Below are positions 6,852 through 15,310 of a stretch of 20,000 nucleotides of DNA, piece by piece (position 1 is the stretch's first letter; each line of letters starts with the position of its first letter). The DNA is taken from the IMG/VR virus record IMGVR_UViG_3300042387_001477. The stretch is one strand, 5' to 3'. The DNA is from an uncultured virus (IMG/VR IMGVR_UViG_3300042387_001477). Taxonomy: Duplodnaviria > Heunggongvirae > Uroviricota > Caudoviricetes. The translations under genes were made by a program, and so were the position numbers. The notes beneath the pieces were generated by a model that made no database searches, was not told the DNA's origin, and saw nothing but the letters and a program-made list of their open reading frames with translations.

Positions 6852-8316
6852 GTTCCTTCCTTTTAAAATTTACTGGAATTATCTCGTACTCAAAGTTTTC
6901 TTCTGAGTAAGTTTTAATTCTTTCTACTAAGTGATTTAAGGTATAATTCTTTTTATCTCCTTTGGAGAAATCATCTGCAATATCAAATAGCTTTGCTTTT
7001 GATTTATTGTCTCCTTTTCTCAATACTCTTCCGATTGATTGGAGGTTTCTGATTCTTGATTTACTAGGGGAAGCAAAGATAACATTATGCAGATTTCTAA
7101 TGTTAATACCAGTAGAAAAAGTGCCGTAAGAAGCAATGATGATAGCATTAGACTCTTCTTCTGTTAGTTTTCTGATTAATTCTCTTTCTTCAGTATCAAC
7201 TCCACCATATACGAAAAATACTTTTCGCTCATGGCCTACATCACTATTTATTATTTCGTGAAGTATCTTGCCATGTTTTTCTACCATAGCAAATAATATC
7301 AAAGTATTACCCTCTTGATTGATAGCTAATTTTTTGATATAGTTGTTTCTCTTTTCAGATCTACAAATATAATCTAGTTCTTCTTGATATGATTCAAAGC
7401 TAGATTCTCCATGCTGAAGCAACAGGATATTGATTTTGAGGTTTGAGAGGTAGCCCTTGTCTATCAGTTTTTTGGTCTTAATAACCTTGTTAACAGGACC
7501 GAATAACCCCTCTAATACGAGTTGATTTGTGTTGGACCCATCCAGAGTACCTGTGAAGCCAATTCTATGCTTACAATTATGCAGTTTTTCCATAATCGTA
7601 ATCAGAGACTTGGCTTTGAACTGGTGAGCCTCATCTCCAATAACAACATCATATTTTTCAAAGAAAGTTTTGGGCAACTTGTAGATTGATTGCCAAGTAG
7701 TAATAGTTACTGGATTAGTGCTGTGTTTAGATTTTCCAGCATAAATTTTGTGAACTTCTTCACCCCAACCATAATCTTGAAAATCTTTTGATAGCTGTTC
7801 TACCAGAGATGTAGTAGGAGTAATAATAAGTACATTCAAATTTCTGTCAATATAATATCTAACAATAGCATAGATCATCAATGATTTACCAGAAGCAGTT
7901 GGGGATAGTAATAGTTTCCTATTATTTTTGATTGCTTCGTAGATTGCCTTGTATTGATAATCTCTAACTGTGAATGGAATGTTTAAAGATTTAATGTAAT
8001 CTACAAGACCTTCTGGAGTGATGTTGTGATTTGAATCTTTTGGTAGGCCATAAAATTTATTGTCTTGATCTAGATATGTGTACTTTCTAACACACAACCA
8101 TTCAGTTAGATAATCATAAAGTCCCACATAAATTTTTCCTTCATGGGGACTGAATAATCTAATTTTTCCATCCCACATTCTGTTTTTAAATTGTGGCATG
8201 AATTTTGCATTGGGCACATCAAATGTAAAGTATTCAGCTAACTCATATTTAATATGTGGTTCGCACTCTACAGTCAAATATACTTCGTTTTTCTTCTGAA
8301 TAATAACATCAGCCAT
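6844..8316 (-). CDS. uvsW: UvsW SF2 RNA-DNA/DNA-DNA helicase
   Basis: Q-motif RDYQ, Walker A SPTASGKS, motif II GDEAH, motif III FTGT, motif V STGINI, motif VI QSIGRVLR; N-terminal WDGKIRLF. Confidence 0.96.
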   Translation of the reverse strand: MADVIIQKKNEVYLTVECEPHIKYELAEYFTFDVPNAKFMPQFKNRMWDGKIRLFSPHEGKIYVGLYDYLTEWLCVRKYTYLDQDNKFYGLPKDSNHNITPEGLVDYIKSLNIPFTVRDYQYKAIYEAIKNNRKLLLSPTASGKSLMIYAIVRYYIDRNLNVLIITPTTSLVEQLSKDFQDYGWGEEVHKIYAGKSKHSTNPVTITTWQSIYKLPKTFFEKYDVVIGDEAHQFKAKSLITIMEKLHNCKHRIGFTGTLDGSNTNQLVLEGLFGPVNKVIKTKKLIDKGYLSNLKINILLLQHGESSFESYQEELDYICRSEKRNNYIKKLAINQEGNTLILFAMVEKHGKILHEIINSDVGHERKVFFVYGGVDTEERELIRKLTEEESNAIIIASYGTFSTGINIRNLHNVIFASPSKSRIRNLQSIGRVLRKGDNKSKAKLFDIADDFSKGDKKNYTLNHLVERIKTYSEENFEYEIIPVNFKRKEHD

Positions 8317-8747
8317 TAAATACTTCCTTGCATAAATTTCTGCCAGTCAATGCTATTTTTGATTTGAAATCCTCTAGTACTAATATTACTTAGAATGCTT
8401 TCTAATAAAAATATCATCTCCTTATAATAATTTAGTTTATTTAAAGCTGACTGAATTTCTTCATCAGCTTCAATATAAAGCTGAACATCTTGTTTGAGAA
8501 TTTTTAGATCAAACGGCTTTTCTTTATATACTTGAACGTCTGACTTTCCAGTATAATACTCAAACTTTTCTCTGAGCAGTCTTTTATATTCTTGTTCCTT
8601 TTTAATTTTAAATAGTCTTACGTCAGACAGCCAGTTTAAATACTTGCTATGAAGTTGTGGAATTTTAATAGATTCATGATCAAGTAGGTCTTCATCCATC
8701 TTGGAATCTTGAGCCCAGTGATCTTTAATAAAGTCAATATCAATCAT
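8316..8747 (-). CDS. uvsY: UvsY recombination mediator protein
   Basis: 143 aa, ESIKIPQLHSKY...YYTGK...RGFQIKNSIDWQKF; lies between g3 and uvsW and is translationally coupled to both. Confidence 0.9.
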   Translation of the reverse strand: MIDIDFIKDHWAQDSKMDEDLLDHESIKIPQLHSKYLNWLSDVRLFKIKKEQEYKRLLREKFEYYTGKSDVQVYKEKPFDLKILKQDVQLYIEADEEIQSALNKLNYYKEMIFLLESILSNISTRGFQIKNSIDWQKFMQGSI

Positions 8748-9280
8748 AGTTTCTTGTCATTAATGTTGTAGATATCGTATATAGTATACTTGAACCCGAC
8801 ATCAACTGTAAAATATTGGACATCAGTAGCGGTAGATTGGAATGTCAATCCCCCAATGTTAGTTGGAAACAAATCTTTAAATACAATTTTAAATTTCTTT
8901 CTGAAGTTAGAATCTAAAACAAACAATACCCCATCACTATAAGTTTTATCTTCTAAATCGTCTCCTGGAAGTTCTGCAATATCTCCACCAGAATAAGGAT
9001 GACCTAATTTTCTAACCCAATTATGCATAGTAATATAGTTGGTCATATTTTCATCAACTATAAATTGAATATTTAAATCATCAAAAGATATTTCATCTCC
9101 AGGATGAGGAATAGCATTAAATCTAGTTGATTGGGTTGCAACAGAAAGTGATATTCCAGGAACAGTTGCAGACTGACAAAAGAAAGATACTTTTGGATAT
9201 TTAATTAGTTGAAATTGAAAACCAATACCTGTTAAAAAATTAGCTGGACATGCAGAATTGGCTATAAAATTAGCTGACAT
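8744..9280 (-). CDS. g3: gp3 tail completion / tail tube terminator protein
   Basis: NFLTGIGFQF...PKVSFFCQSATVPGISL...PGDEISFDDLNIQFIVDENMTNY...FKDLFPT, gp3/gp19-like; follows g23 as in cyanophages. Confidence 0.88.
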   Translation of the reverse strand: MSANFIANSACPANFLTGIGFQFQLIKYPKVSFFCQSATVPGISLSVATQSTRFNAIPHPGDEISFDDLNIQFIVDENMTNYITMHNWVRKLGHPYSGGDIAELPGDDLEDKTYSDGVLFVLDSNFRKKFKIVFKDLFPTNIGGLTFQSTATDVQYFTVDVGFKYTIYDIYNINDKKL

Positions 9281-9293
9281 ATCTTTTTATTTT

Positions 9294-9300
9294 TATTTAG
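9294..9300 (-). promoter_or_regulatory. gp55-type late promoter for g3-uvsY-uvsW
   Basis: CTAAATA on the minus strand between the g23 terminator and the g3 ATG. Confidence 0.7.
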
Positions 9301-9302
9301 AT

Positions 9303-9327
9303 AAAAAAAGAGCCCCTTTCGGGGCTC
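9303..9327 (-). terminator. Rho-independent terminator after g23
   Basis: Minus strand GAGCCCC-GAAA-GGGGCTC followed by T7: 7-bp stem with a GNRA tetraloop. Confidence 0.95.
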
Positions 9328-9348
9328 CTGAAGTATGTGAACTATAAC

Positions 9349-10740
9349 TCACATTAGGTTGATAACTCTGGTTCTTCTGTAGTAAACGTTATCGTTTGCT
9401 TGGAGAGCGCCAGAACGCTGGGTAAGACCACCTGCGAATGGGTTTGCAACCATGCCGTAACGGGTCTTGAAGCCAATCTTAGGCTGGAAGGTGTCCTGAC
9501 CGATGGAACGAACCATTTGGAGAGGAACGTATGGGCAGTAGAAGAGACCTGCATCGTATGCATTGGTTCCCTTATAACCCATCACATAGTAGTGATCGTT
9601 AGAGATGTTTGCTGAATAAGGATCAACATAAACCTTGATACGACCATTGATTGTACCAGCTAGAGTTGATACGGTGTCGTCTGGGGTATCGTTAGGATTG
9701 AGTAGTGGGGTGTAATCCATTACCTTAGCTGCAGCTAGAGCACTTGCAACGTCTGCTGAACAGACGATGAAGTTGCCCTTTCCACGACGAGTCTCATGAC
9801 CGATTGCGTTTGCATCACGCTCGATCTGGAATAGTAGACCCTTGAACTTCTCAACTGACCAACGACCATTGGAGTCAACGTCGAGGTCAAAAGTACCAGC
9901 GTTAGCTACGTTGTTCTGAGCACCAGGCTTAGCGGTTACGTAGATGGTACGTACAACTTCACGGTTGATTTCAGTTAGAATCTCTGAGCTTAGGATGTTA
10001 GCAAGCTCAGTCTCAGCATCAAGACCATGAATAGCCTTGAGGTCTTGTGCTAGTTCTAGGGTGTACTCAGCTTTTAGAGCACGGCTCTTTGCTGTTACAG
10101 TTACCTTCTCGATTGAGAAGCTCATTTCACGGAACTCTGAACCAGACTCACCTAGAGCTTCAGCAGCGTTGGTGTTCATACCACCAACGTAACCATAATC
10201 ACCAGGAGAAGCAGCGTTTAGTACGCCTGGGTTGGTTGCAGTTTCGCCAGTTGCAGCAGAGTATGCACCACCAGCAGCAGAGAAACCAGAAGGAACTTCG
10301 TTGAAGAAGGTCTCGTTGTCGAATACGTTTGGAGTAGCACCGTTACCGTTACGGTCAGTACCACGATGAGCACGCATTGCGAAGATTAGTCCAGTAGGAC
10401 CGCTCATTGGCTGAACACCGCAAATGTCATAAGCAATTAGCTTAGGCATTGAACGGCGAATGAGGCTGATTAGAACTGGATCGAAACCAGCAACAGGACC
10501 GCCAGCGGCTGCGCCACCTGAGAAGCCATGTGCGCCTGTACCAGCACCACCTGCAGTGAATGAACCAGTGCTGTTAACAGCAACTTCTGAAAGAACTCCA
10601 CGCTCTTCACGGAGAAATGATTCTTGGTTCTCAAGGAGAACTGCGGTTACTGCCTTACGATATCTATCTGTAATTGGATTTAGATCGTTATGCTCCAGGA
10701 TAGGAGCCCATTTTCTTTGTAGCTGTTCTGAATTAAACAT
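9349..10740 (-). CDS. g23: gp23 major capsid protein precursor
   Basis: KWAPIL...AVTAVLLENQE, FDPVLISLIRRSMP, GVQPMSGPTGLIFAMR, SRALKAEYTLELAQDLKAIHGLDAE, GLFYCPYVPL, FQPKIGFKTRYG; probable gp21 cleavage after LSE; AGGAG SD upstream. Confidence 0.99.
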   Translation of the reverse strand: MFNSEQLQRKWAPILEHNDLNPITDRYRKAVTAVLLENQESFLREERGVLSEVAVNSTGSFTAGGAGTGAHGFSGGAAAGGPVAGFDPVLISLIRRSMPKLIAYDICGVQPMSGPTGLIFAMRAHRGTDRNGNGATPNVFDNETFFNEVPSGFSAAGGAYSAATGETATNPGVLNAASPGDYGYVGGMNTNAAEALGESGSEFREMSFSIEKVTVTAKSRALKAEYTLELAQDLKAIHGLDAETELANILSSEILTEINREVVRTIYVTAKPGAQNNVANAGTFDLDVDSNGRWSVEKFKGLLFQIERDANAIGHETRRGKGNFIVCSADVASALAAAKVMDYTPLLNPNDTPDDTVSTLAGTINGRIKVYVDPYSANISNDHYYVMGYKGTNAYDAGLFYCPYVPLQMVRSIGQDTFQPKIGFKTRYGMVANPFAGGLTQRSGALQANDNVYYRRTRVINLM

Positions 10741-10788
10741 CGGGGTTAAACTCCTTGGTTGTTAAATTTATTGTTAGGAATCTATTAA

Positions 10789-10796
10789 TATTTATA
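10789..10796 (-). promoter_or_regulatory. late promoter for g23
   Basis: Exact T4 late consensus TATAAATA on the minus strand in the g22-g23 intergenic space. Confidence 0.88.
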
Positions 10797-10809
10797 AAAA
10801 TCTAGACTA

Positions 10810-11940
10810 TCACTGAGCCCATCTGGAAACAGCATTTACATATGCTGCCATTGGTCCCTCATAGAAGTCTTGATTCTTTTCAACGAGGTCTTCCACATAA
10901 TTGGACTGAACTCTTGGGAAATAGTTTTCCTTAATAGTTTCAATCTTGTCACGGAAAGATTCTTCACTAATAAACTCAACACCTTCTGAAAGGTTGAACA
11001 GTTTTTCTTTCTGTGTTTCTGCTAGACCTTCGGATACTTCTGCAATAATTCCATGTTTAATATAGGATCCGATTTCTTGGTTTAGCTCAACATTGACTTC
11101 AATCTGTTCGTTGAGTTTTTCCTCCATCTCATCTAGTCTAGCTGCCATTTCGGCAACTACATCTTGTTGCTCTTCTGGGAGATCAATATTGTTCTCTAGG
11201 AAGAGATTTGCAAGACCTTGCATTAGATTTTCAGCAATCTCGGTCTTGATGCCATTGTCAACGGAAAGCTGATTCTCGGCAATCCATTGCTCAGCAACAT
11301 AATCAAGGTGAGCGTCTACACGAGTCTCTAGGGACTCAGCGATCTCTTCGATTTCCTCGATTAGACGCTGTTCGTATAGTGCCTCAAACTTTTGAACTTC
11401 TTCAACTACTTTAGCTTTGACTGCAGCTTCAAAAATTGTTGCAGCCTTTTGCATGAAGTGTTCGGAGAGTTCTTCTCCGTGGAAGAGAGCATTGAGATCA
11501 TCGGTTACATCGATGTCGATCTCTTCTGCCTTCATTTTAGTCTTTGACTTCTTAGAAGACTTTTCCCCATCTTCTTTATTGTTATACTCATCATCCTCAC
11601 ACTCACCTTCGGCAAGTAGATCTTCATCATCTAGATCCTCTTCTTCTCTCATTCCTGATTGGCCAGGAGCTGAGCCTTGAAGACGAGCCATACCATCTGG
11701 TGACTTTGCACCAGCATTTACTTTAGAAGATGACTTACTCATTCTTGAAGAAGCCTTTTTACCAATTTCATCACCTTCTGGTTTAGTGGTGGATGATCCA
11801 CCTAGTTCTTCTGGTGATGCACCCTGGCCAGGAGTGCTGTGTTGTAATCTTTCCATACGGTCTCCTGGTTTGGCGTGAGCAGTGACAACGTTTCCTTCTT
11901 CTAGAAATTCGTCAAATTCTGTATTTAATACATTGGACAT
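10810..11940 (-). CDS. g22: gp22 prohead core scaffold protein
   Basis: Acidic coiled-coil protein with ELSEHFMQKAATIFEAAV, YVAEQWIAEN, GLAETQKEKL, TIKENYF; lies between g21 and g23. Confidence 0.93.
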   Translation of the reverse strand: MSNVLNTEFDEFLEEGNVVTAHAKPGDRMERLQHSTPGQGASPEELGGSSTTKPEGDEIGKKASSRMSKSSSKVNAGAKSPDGMARLQGSAPGQSGMREEEDLDDEDLLAEGECEDDEYNNKEDGEKSSKKSKTKMKAEEIDIDVTDDLNALFHGEELSEHFMQKAATIFEAAVKAKVVEEVQKFEALYEQRLIEEIEEIAESLETRVDAHLDYVAEQWIAENQLSVDNGIKTEIAENLMQGLANLFLENNIDLPEEQQDVVAEMAARLDEMEEKLNEQIEVNVELNQEIGSYIKHGIIAEVSEGLAETQKEKLFNLSEGVEFISEESFRDKIETIKENYFPRVQSNYVEDLVEKNQDFYEGPMAAYVNAVSRWAQ

Positions 11941-11979
11941 CGAAAAAACCCTCTAGAAATATGTGATATTTTCTACTAT

Positions 11980-11986
11980 TATTTAT
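11980..11986 (-). promoter_or_regulatory. late promoter for g22
   Basis: ATAAATA on the minus strand overlapping the g21 stop codon. Confidence 0.75.
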
Positions 11987-12636
11987 GAAATTTTGATATT
12001 ACGAAGAAAACTTTCAAAAACTTGTAGTTTTCTTTCGGTTAAACTATTAGAAGAAGCGTTATTAATTGCTCGTCTATAGCTATTGATTACTTTTTCTTCT
12101 AGCATTCCATTGTTCCAAATCCATTCTCTACCTTCCATAATGCCTTGCACGAAAGCATCTGGGGCAGAAGGATCTGCAACGATATCGGCAGCAGTAGATA
12201 ACATGAAGTCATCTTTAACTACATTAACACCGTTTCTTTCCTCAATCGATCCAATGCCTCTTGAGGAAACTCCGAGTGTAACGCCAGACTCAAGAAGAGA
12301 CTTAGCAATTTTACCCATAGGGGTTTCTAGAATTTGAGCTTTACCAATAAAATTAGTCCCTTCTGCACAAAGAGAAACAATCTTATGAGATACTCTATCT
12401 AGATTGATGGTTGGACTATCTGGATGACCAAGTTCACCGAGAGCACGACCCTTGGCAACATAATTCTCATTATATGCACCCACTTCTCTATTGAGAGTTT
12501 CCATTGGATACATACGGCCATTGCGGTTTTTTAATTCCGCTTGAAGAAATACTCCTTCAATATATAGGTTCTTTTTACCACCTCGTTCTTCGGTGATAAC
12601 TCTAATATCTTCGATAGTTTCTGTGATTAGTTTCAT
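11983..12636 (-). CDS. g21: gp21 prohead protease
   Basis: MKLITE N-terminus, YIEGVFLQ, NRNGRMYP, ALGELGHP, LGVSSRGIGS, DIVADPSAPDAFV. Confidence 0.97.
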   Translation of the reverse strand: MKLITETIEDIRVITEERGGKKNLYIEGVFLQAELKNRNGRMYPMETLNREVGAYNENYVAKGRALGELGHPDSPTINLDRVSHKIVSLCAEGTNFIGKAQILETPMGKIAKSLLESGVTLGVSSRGIGSIEERNGVNVVKDDFMLSTAADIVADPSAPDAFVQGIMEGREWIWNNGMLEEKVINSYRRAINNASSNSLTERKLQVFESFLRNIKIS

Positions 12637-12887
12637 TGTTCGTACTCGTCTTCTGGTACTTGGTCGTCGTCATCCTCATCGTCATATTCGTCTACAGATT
12701 CACCTTCTTCATAATAATCATCTTCATCCTCATAGTTTCCTGATGCAAACATATTCTGAGCAAGCTCAACTTGTCTCATGCCGATTTTCTCAGAAGCTAT
12801 TCCATATAGAGCATCGTAAATTTTTTCATTTGCATTTAGATTGTTTCTAGCAATAATGCTATCTACAATTTCTTGTGACAAAGACAT
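12633..12887 (-). CDS. small acidic prohead core protein (gp67-like)
   Basis: 84 aa with a helical N-terminus and a D/E-rich tail, directly after the portal gene; ATGA overlap with g21. Assignment rests mainly on synteny and composition. Confidence 0.7.
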   Translation of the reverse strand: MSLSQEIVDSIIARNNLNANEKIYDALYGIASEKIGMRQVELAQNMFASGNYEDEDDYYEEGESVDEYDDEDDDDQVPEDEYEQ

Positions 12888-12921
12888 AAAAACCTCAATA
12901 ATGTATAAAAATTACAATAAC

Positions 12922-12928
12922 TATTTAT
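12922..12928 (-). promoter_or_regulatory. late promoter for the g67-like gene and g21
   Basis: ATAAATA on the minus strand abutting the g20 stop codon. Confidence 0.75.
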
Positions 12929-14613
12929 TAAAATTTACCTTTTCCGTAATCCGAAGGAGAGATGTAATTTTTAAATTCTGCATCAAGTCCTCCAGCTGAT
13001 GCTCCGCCTCCAGCAGGACCAGCTTCACCAGATGCTGCTTGATCAGTTGGCATAGGTTGCTCTTGGCCTGGAGGTAGTGCTCCACCTCCCATGCCTTGAT
13101 CCATCATCATTGCATTGGGATCTTGAATAATTCCAAGTTCTTTTTCTTTCTCAATCTGCATATCAATTTCTTCAATCTCATCATCAGTTTGCTTGAGAAT
13201 TTGTCTGCGAACATATTCAACAGAAAAATATTTACCAAGGTATGGTTCTACTTGATTGACAATGTTAAGGCGATCATTGAGAAGTTCAGTATTTTTAAGT
13301 TCAGTAAAATGATTATCAAAGATATAATCATACTGAATATATTCTTTCATTTCTTCCCAGTCATCTGTAGTAATAATTCCTTTTAGAATTAACTGAGTTC
13401 TGAGTAGATCATGGAATAGTTCACTGAAACGTTTACGAAGTCTACCAACAAACTTAGCAAACTTAAGTTCATCTCTAGTGATTTCGTTAGTTCTACCAAT
13501 GGTAAATGAACTTTCTTGCTCTAGTCTTGAGAGGGGAATATTTAGGGACTTATAAAGTTTCTTCTGGAAATACTTGACATCTTCAAGTTCTCCGAGATTC
13601 TGTCCACCTGGAAGTGTGGTAATTTCTGTACCACGACCACCTTCACGACGAGGTAGCCAGAAATCTTCAAGCATACTCATATGCTTTCTATCATCTCTGA
13701 TTTCACCAGTCGCAGAATCATATACAACTTTATTTCTATATCTACCCATAACTTCACGTAGGTATTGCTCAGCTTTAATCTTTGGGAGATTGCCTACATC
13801 AATATAGAAAATACGACGTTCTGGAGCACGAGATAGTCTGTAGATAACGAGACTATCTTCAATCATTCTTAGCTGGTTTACAGACTTAATAGCTTTGTAG
13901 AGATAGCTAAGAACCATATTTCTGTTATGGTCAAACAGTCCAGATGTTACGTATGTAACGGCATCGTTTGAAATTTTGATACCATTAGCATCTGAACCTT
14001 TATATCCTCGTGGGAAATAAATGTAGTATTCAATAAACTCACCATAGTCATATTTTTGACCTTCCATGGTGGTTAGAGAATCTACATTCTTCTGCCTTTT
14101 AATTTCTCTAACTCTTTTAATTTTAAGCGAATCAATATATCTTAATTCCTTGATGCCTTCCTTTGGCTTATCAAAGTCAATAATTTTATGGTAATATAAT
14201 CTTCCATCAATATACCAACGACGGAAAATATTATGACACTTTTTATCAAAGCTTAGTAGTCTTAAAATATTACTAAATTCTTCTTTGATTGATTTTTTAA
14301 TTTTATCACTTGCCTCTAAAGTAGATAACTCTACTGCTACCGGAGCATAATCCAAATCACTACTAATAGCTTCATTGATAATATCATCAATGGCGCTATC
14401 AATTTCTGGGTGAAGTGCAATTTCTCTATATTTTCTAACCAGCTCAAATTCATTATTATGCTGACCGACACCATCTAGGTCTAGGTACTGACCAAAATAG
14501 GCACCTGCAGCTACAACTGAGGTGCCATCATCATCATTAGGAGGCGCTGGTGAAAACGCCTTTGCTGGTTTCTTCCTTCTGTCTTCAATAGAGAAACCAA
14601 ATAGTTGCGTCAT
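12928..14613 (-). CDS. g20: gp20 portal vertex protein
   Basis: LFGFSI start, FRRWYIDGRLYYHK, NQLRMIEDSLVIYRLSRAPERRIFYIDVGNLPK, MLEDFWLPRREGGRGTEITTLPGGQNLGE, ITRDELKF. Confidence 0.99.
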   Translation of the reverse strand: MTQLFGFSIEDRRKKPAKAFSPAPPNDDDGTSVVAAGAYFGQYLDLDGVGQHNNEFELVRKYREIALHPEIDSAIDDIINEAISSDLDYAPVAVELSTLEASDKIKKSIKEEFSNILRLLSFDKKCHNIFRRWYIDGRLYYHKIIDFDKPKEGIKELRYIDSLKIKRVREIKRQKNVDSLTTMEGQKYDYGEFIEYYIYFPRGYKGSDANGIKISNDAVTYVTSGLFDHNRNMVLSYLYKAIKSVNQLRMIEDSLVIYRLSRAPERRIFYIDVGNLPKIKAEQYLREVMGRYRNKVVYDSATGEIRDDRKHMSMLEDFWLPRREGGRGTEITTLPGGQNLGELEDVKYFQKKLYKSLNIPLSRLEQESSFTIGRTNEITRDELKFAKFVGRLRKRFSELFHDLLRTQLILKGIITTDDWEEMKEYIQYDYIFDNHFTELKNTELLNDRLNIVNQVEPYLGKYFSVEYVRRQILKQTDDEIEEIDMQIEKEKELGIIQDPNAMMMDQGMGGGALPPGQEQPMPTDQAASGEAGPAGGGASAGGLDAEFKNYISPSDYGKGKF

Positions 14614-14636
14614 AATAATCCTAAAACTCTTTTATG

Positions 14637-14643
14637 TATTTAG
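14637..14643 (-). promoter_or_regulatory. late promoter for g20
   Basis: CTAAATA on the minus strand just after the g19 stop codon. Confidence 0.7.
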
Positions 14644-14645
14644 TA

Positions 14646-15278
14646 TCAAATTCTATCCTTAGTTACTTCAAAGAAGTTATACTGGAATTCTACAGTGAAC
14701 TCTTCAATTTGGTCATTTGCTTCAAAGGATAGATCGATTGAAGAAATTGCAGATGGCCATGCATCATAGAATCTATACGCACGAACTGTGTCTAGATTAT
14801 CTGTTCCTGCTGTAGTTGAATCTGGTCCTCTAGTTGGTGTTATGCCATCTCTGCTTAGTTGATATACTGTCATATCAACACAGTAAGATGCGCCACCATT
14901 TGCACCATATCCTAGCTGAGATACGTTTTCAGTTAGGGCATTAATTCCTCTTGACCATGTTTCAAATGCTTTACGAATTTCAAAATTTCCATCATTTACT
15001 ACTGTAACTGACCATGGTTCAAAAGTTCTGTCTCCAGCAACTTTCAACATTCGTCCACGGAAAGGAACTTCAATAGTTCCAATATTTGATGCTGGAATTT
15101 GTGCAGTTTTTACAAGAAATTCAGCTTGGGCGGTTAAGTTTGGAGATGAAGATCCAGTGTTACCAACATCTATAACTTGCCCTAAGTCAGATGGAAAATT
15201 TAATCTAACCAAAAATAGATTAGGTCTTGCACCACCCTTCTTTAAATATGATTTGAAATCTGAAATACTCTTAGCCAT
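14646..15278 (-). CDS. g19: gp19 tail tube protein
   Basis: GGARPNLF, VPFRGRMLKVAGDRTFEPWSVTVVND, WPSAISSIDLS...IEEFTVEFQY; AGGAG SD upstream. Confidence 0.96.
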   Translation of the reverse strand: MAKSISDFKSYLKKGGARPNLFLVRLNFPSDLGQVIDVGNTGSSSPNLTAQAEFLVKTAQIPASNIGTIEVPFRGRMLKVAGDRTFEPWSVTVVNDGNFEIRKAFETWSRGINALTENVSQLGYGANGGASYCVDMTVYQLSRDGITPTRGPDSTTAGTDNLDTVRAYRFYDAWPSAISSIDLSFEANDQIEEFTVEFQYNFFEVTKDRI

Positions 15279-15310
15279 TGTTTTCTCCTAGATGGTTTAC
15301 GAAAGAATAA

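Noticed and set aside
9354..10765. Several alternative-frame and antisense ORFs over g23
   Set aside because: Expected by-product of biased codon usage in a highly expressed gene; no independent promoter or RBS seen.
12928..13130. Gly/Pro/Met-rich C-terminal tail of the portal protein
   Set aside because: Low-complexity, variable C-terminal tails are common in cyanophage gp20.
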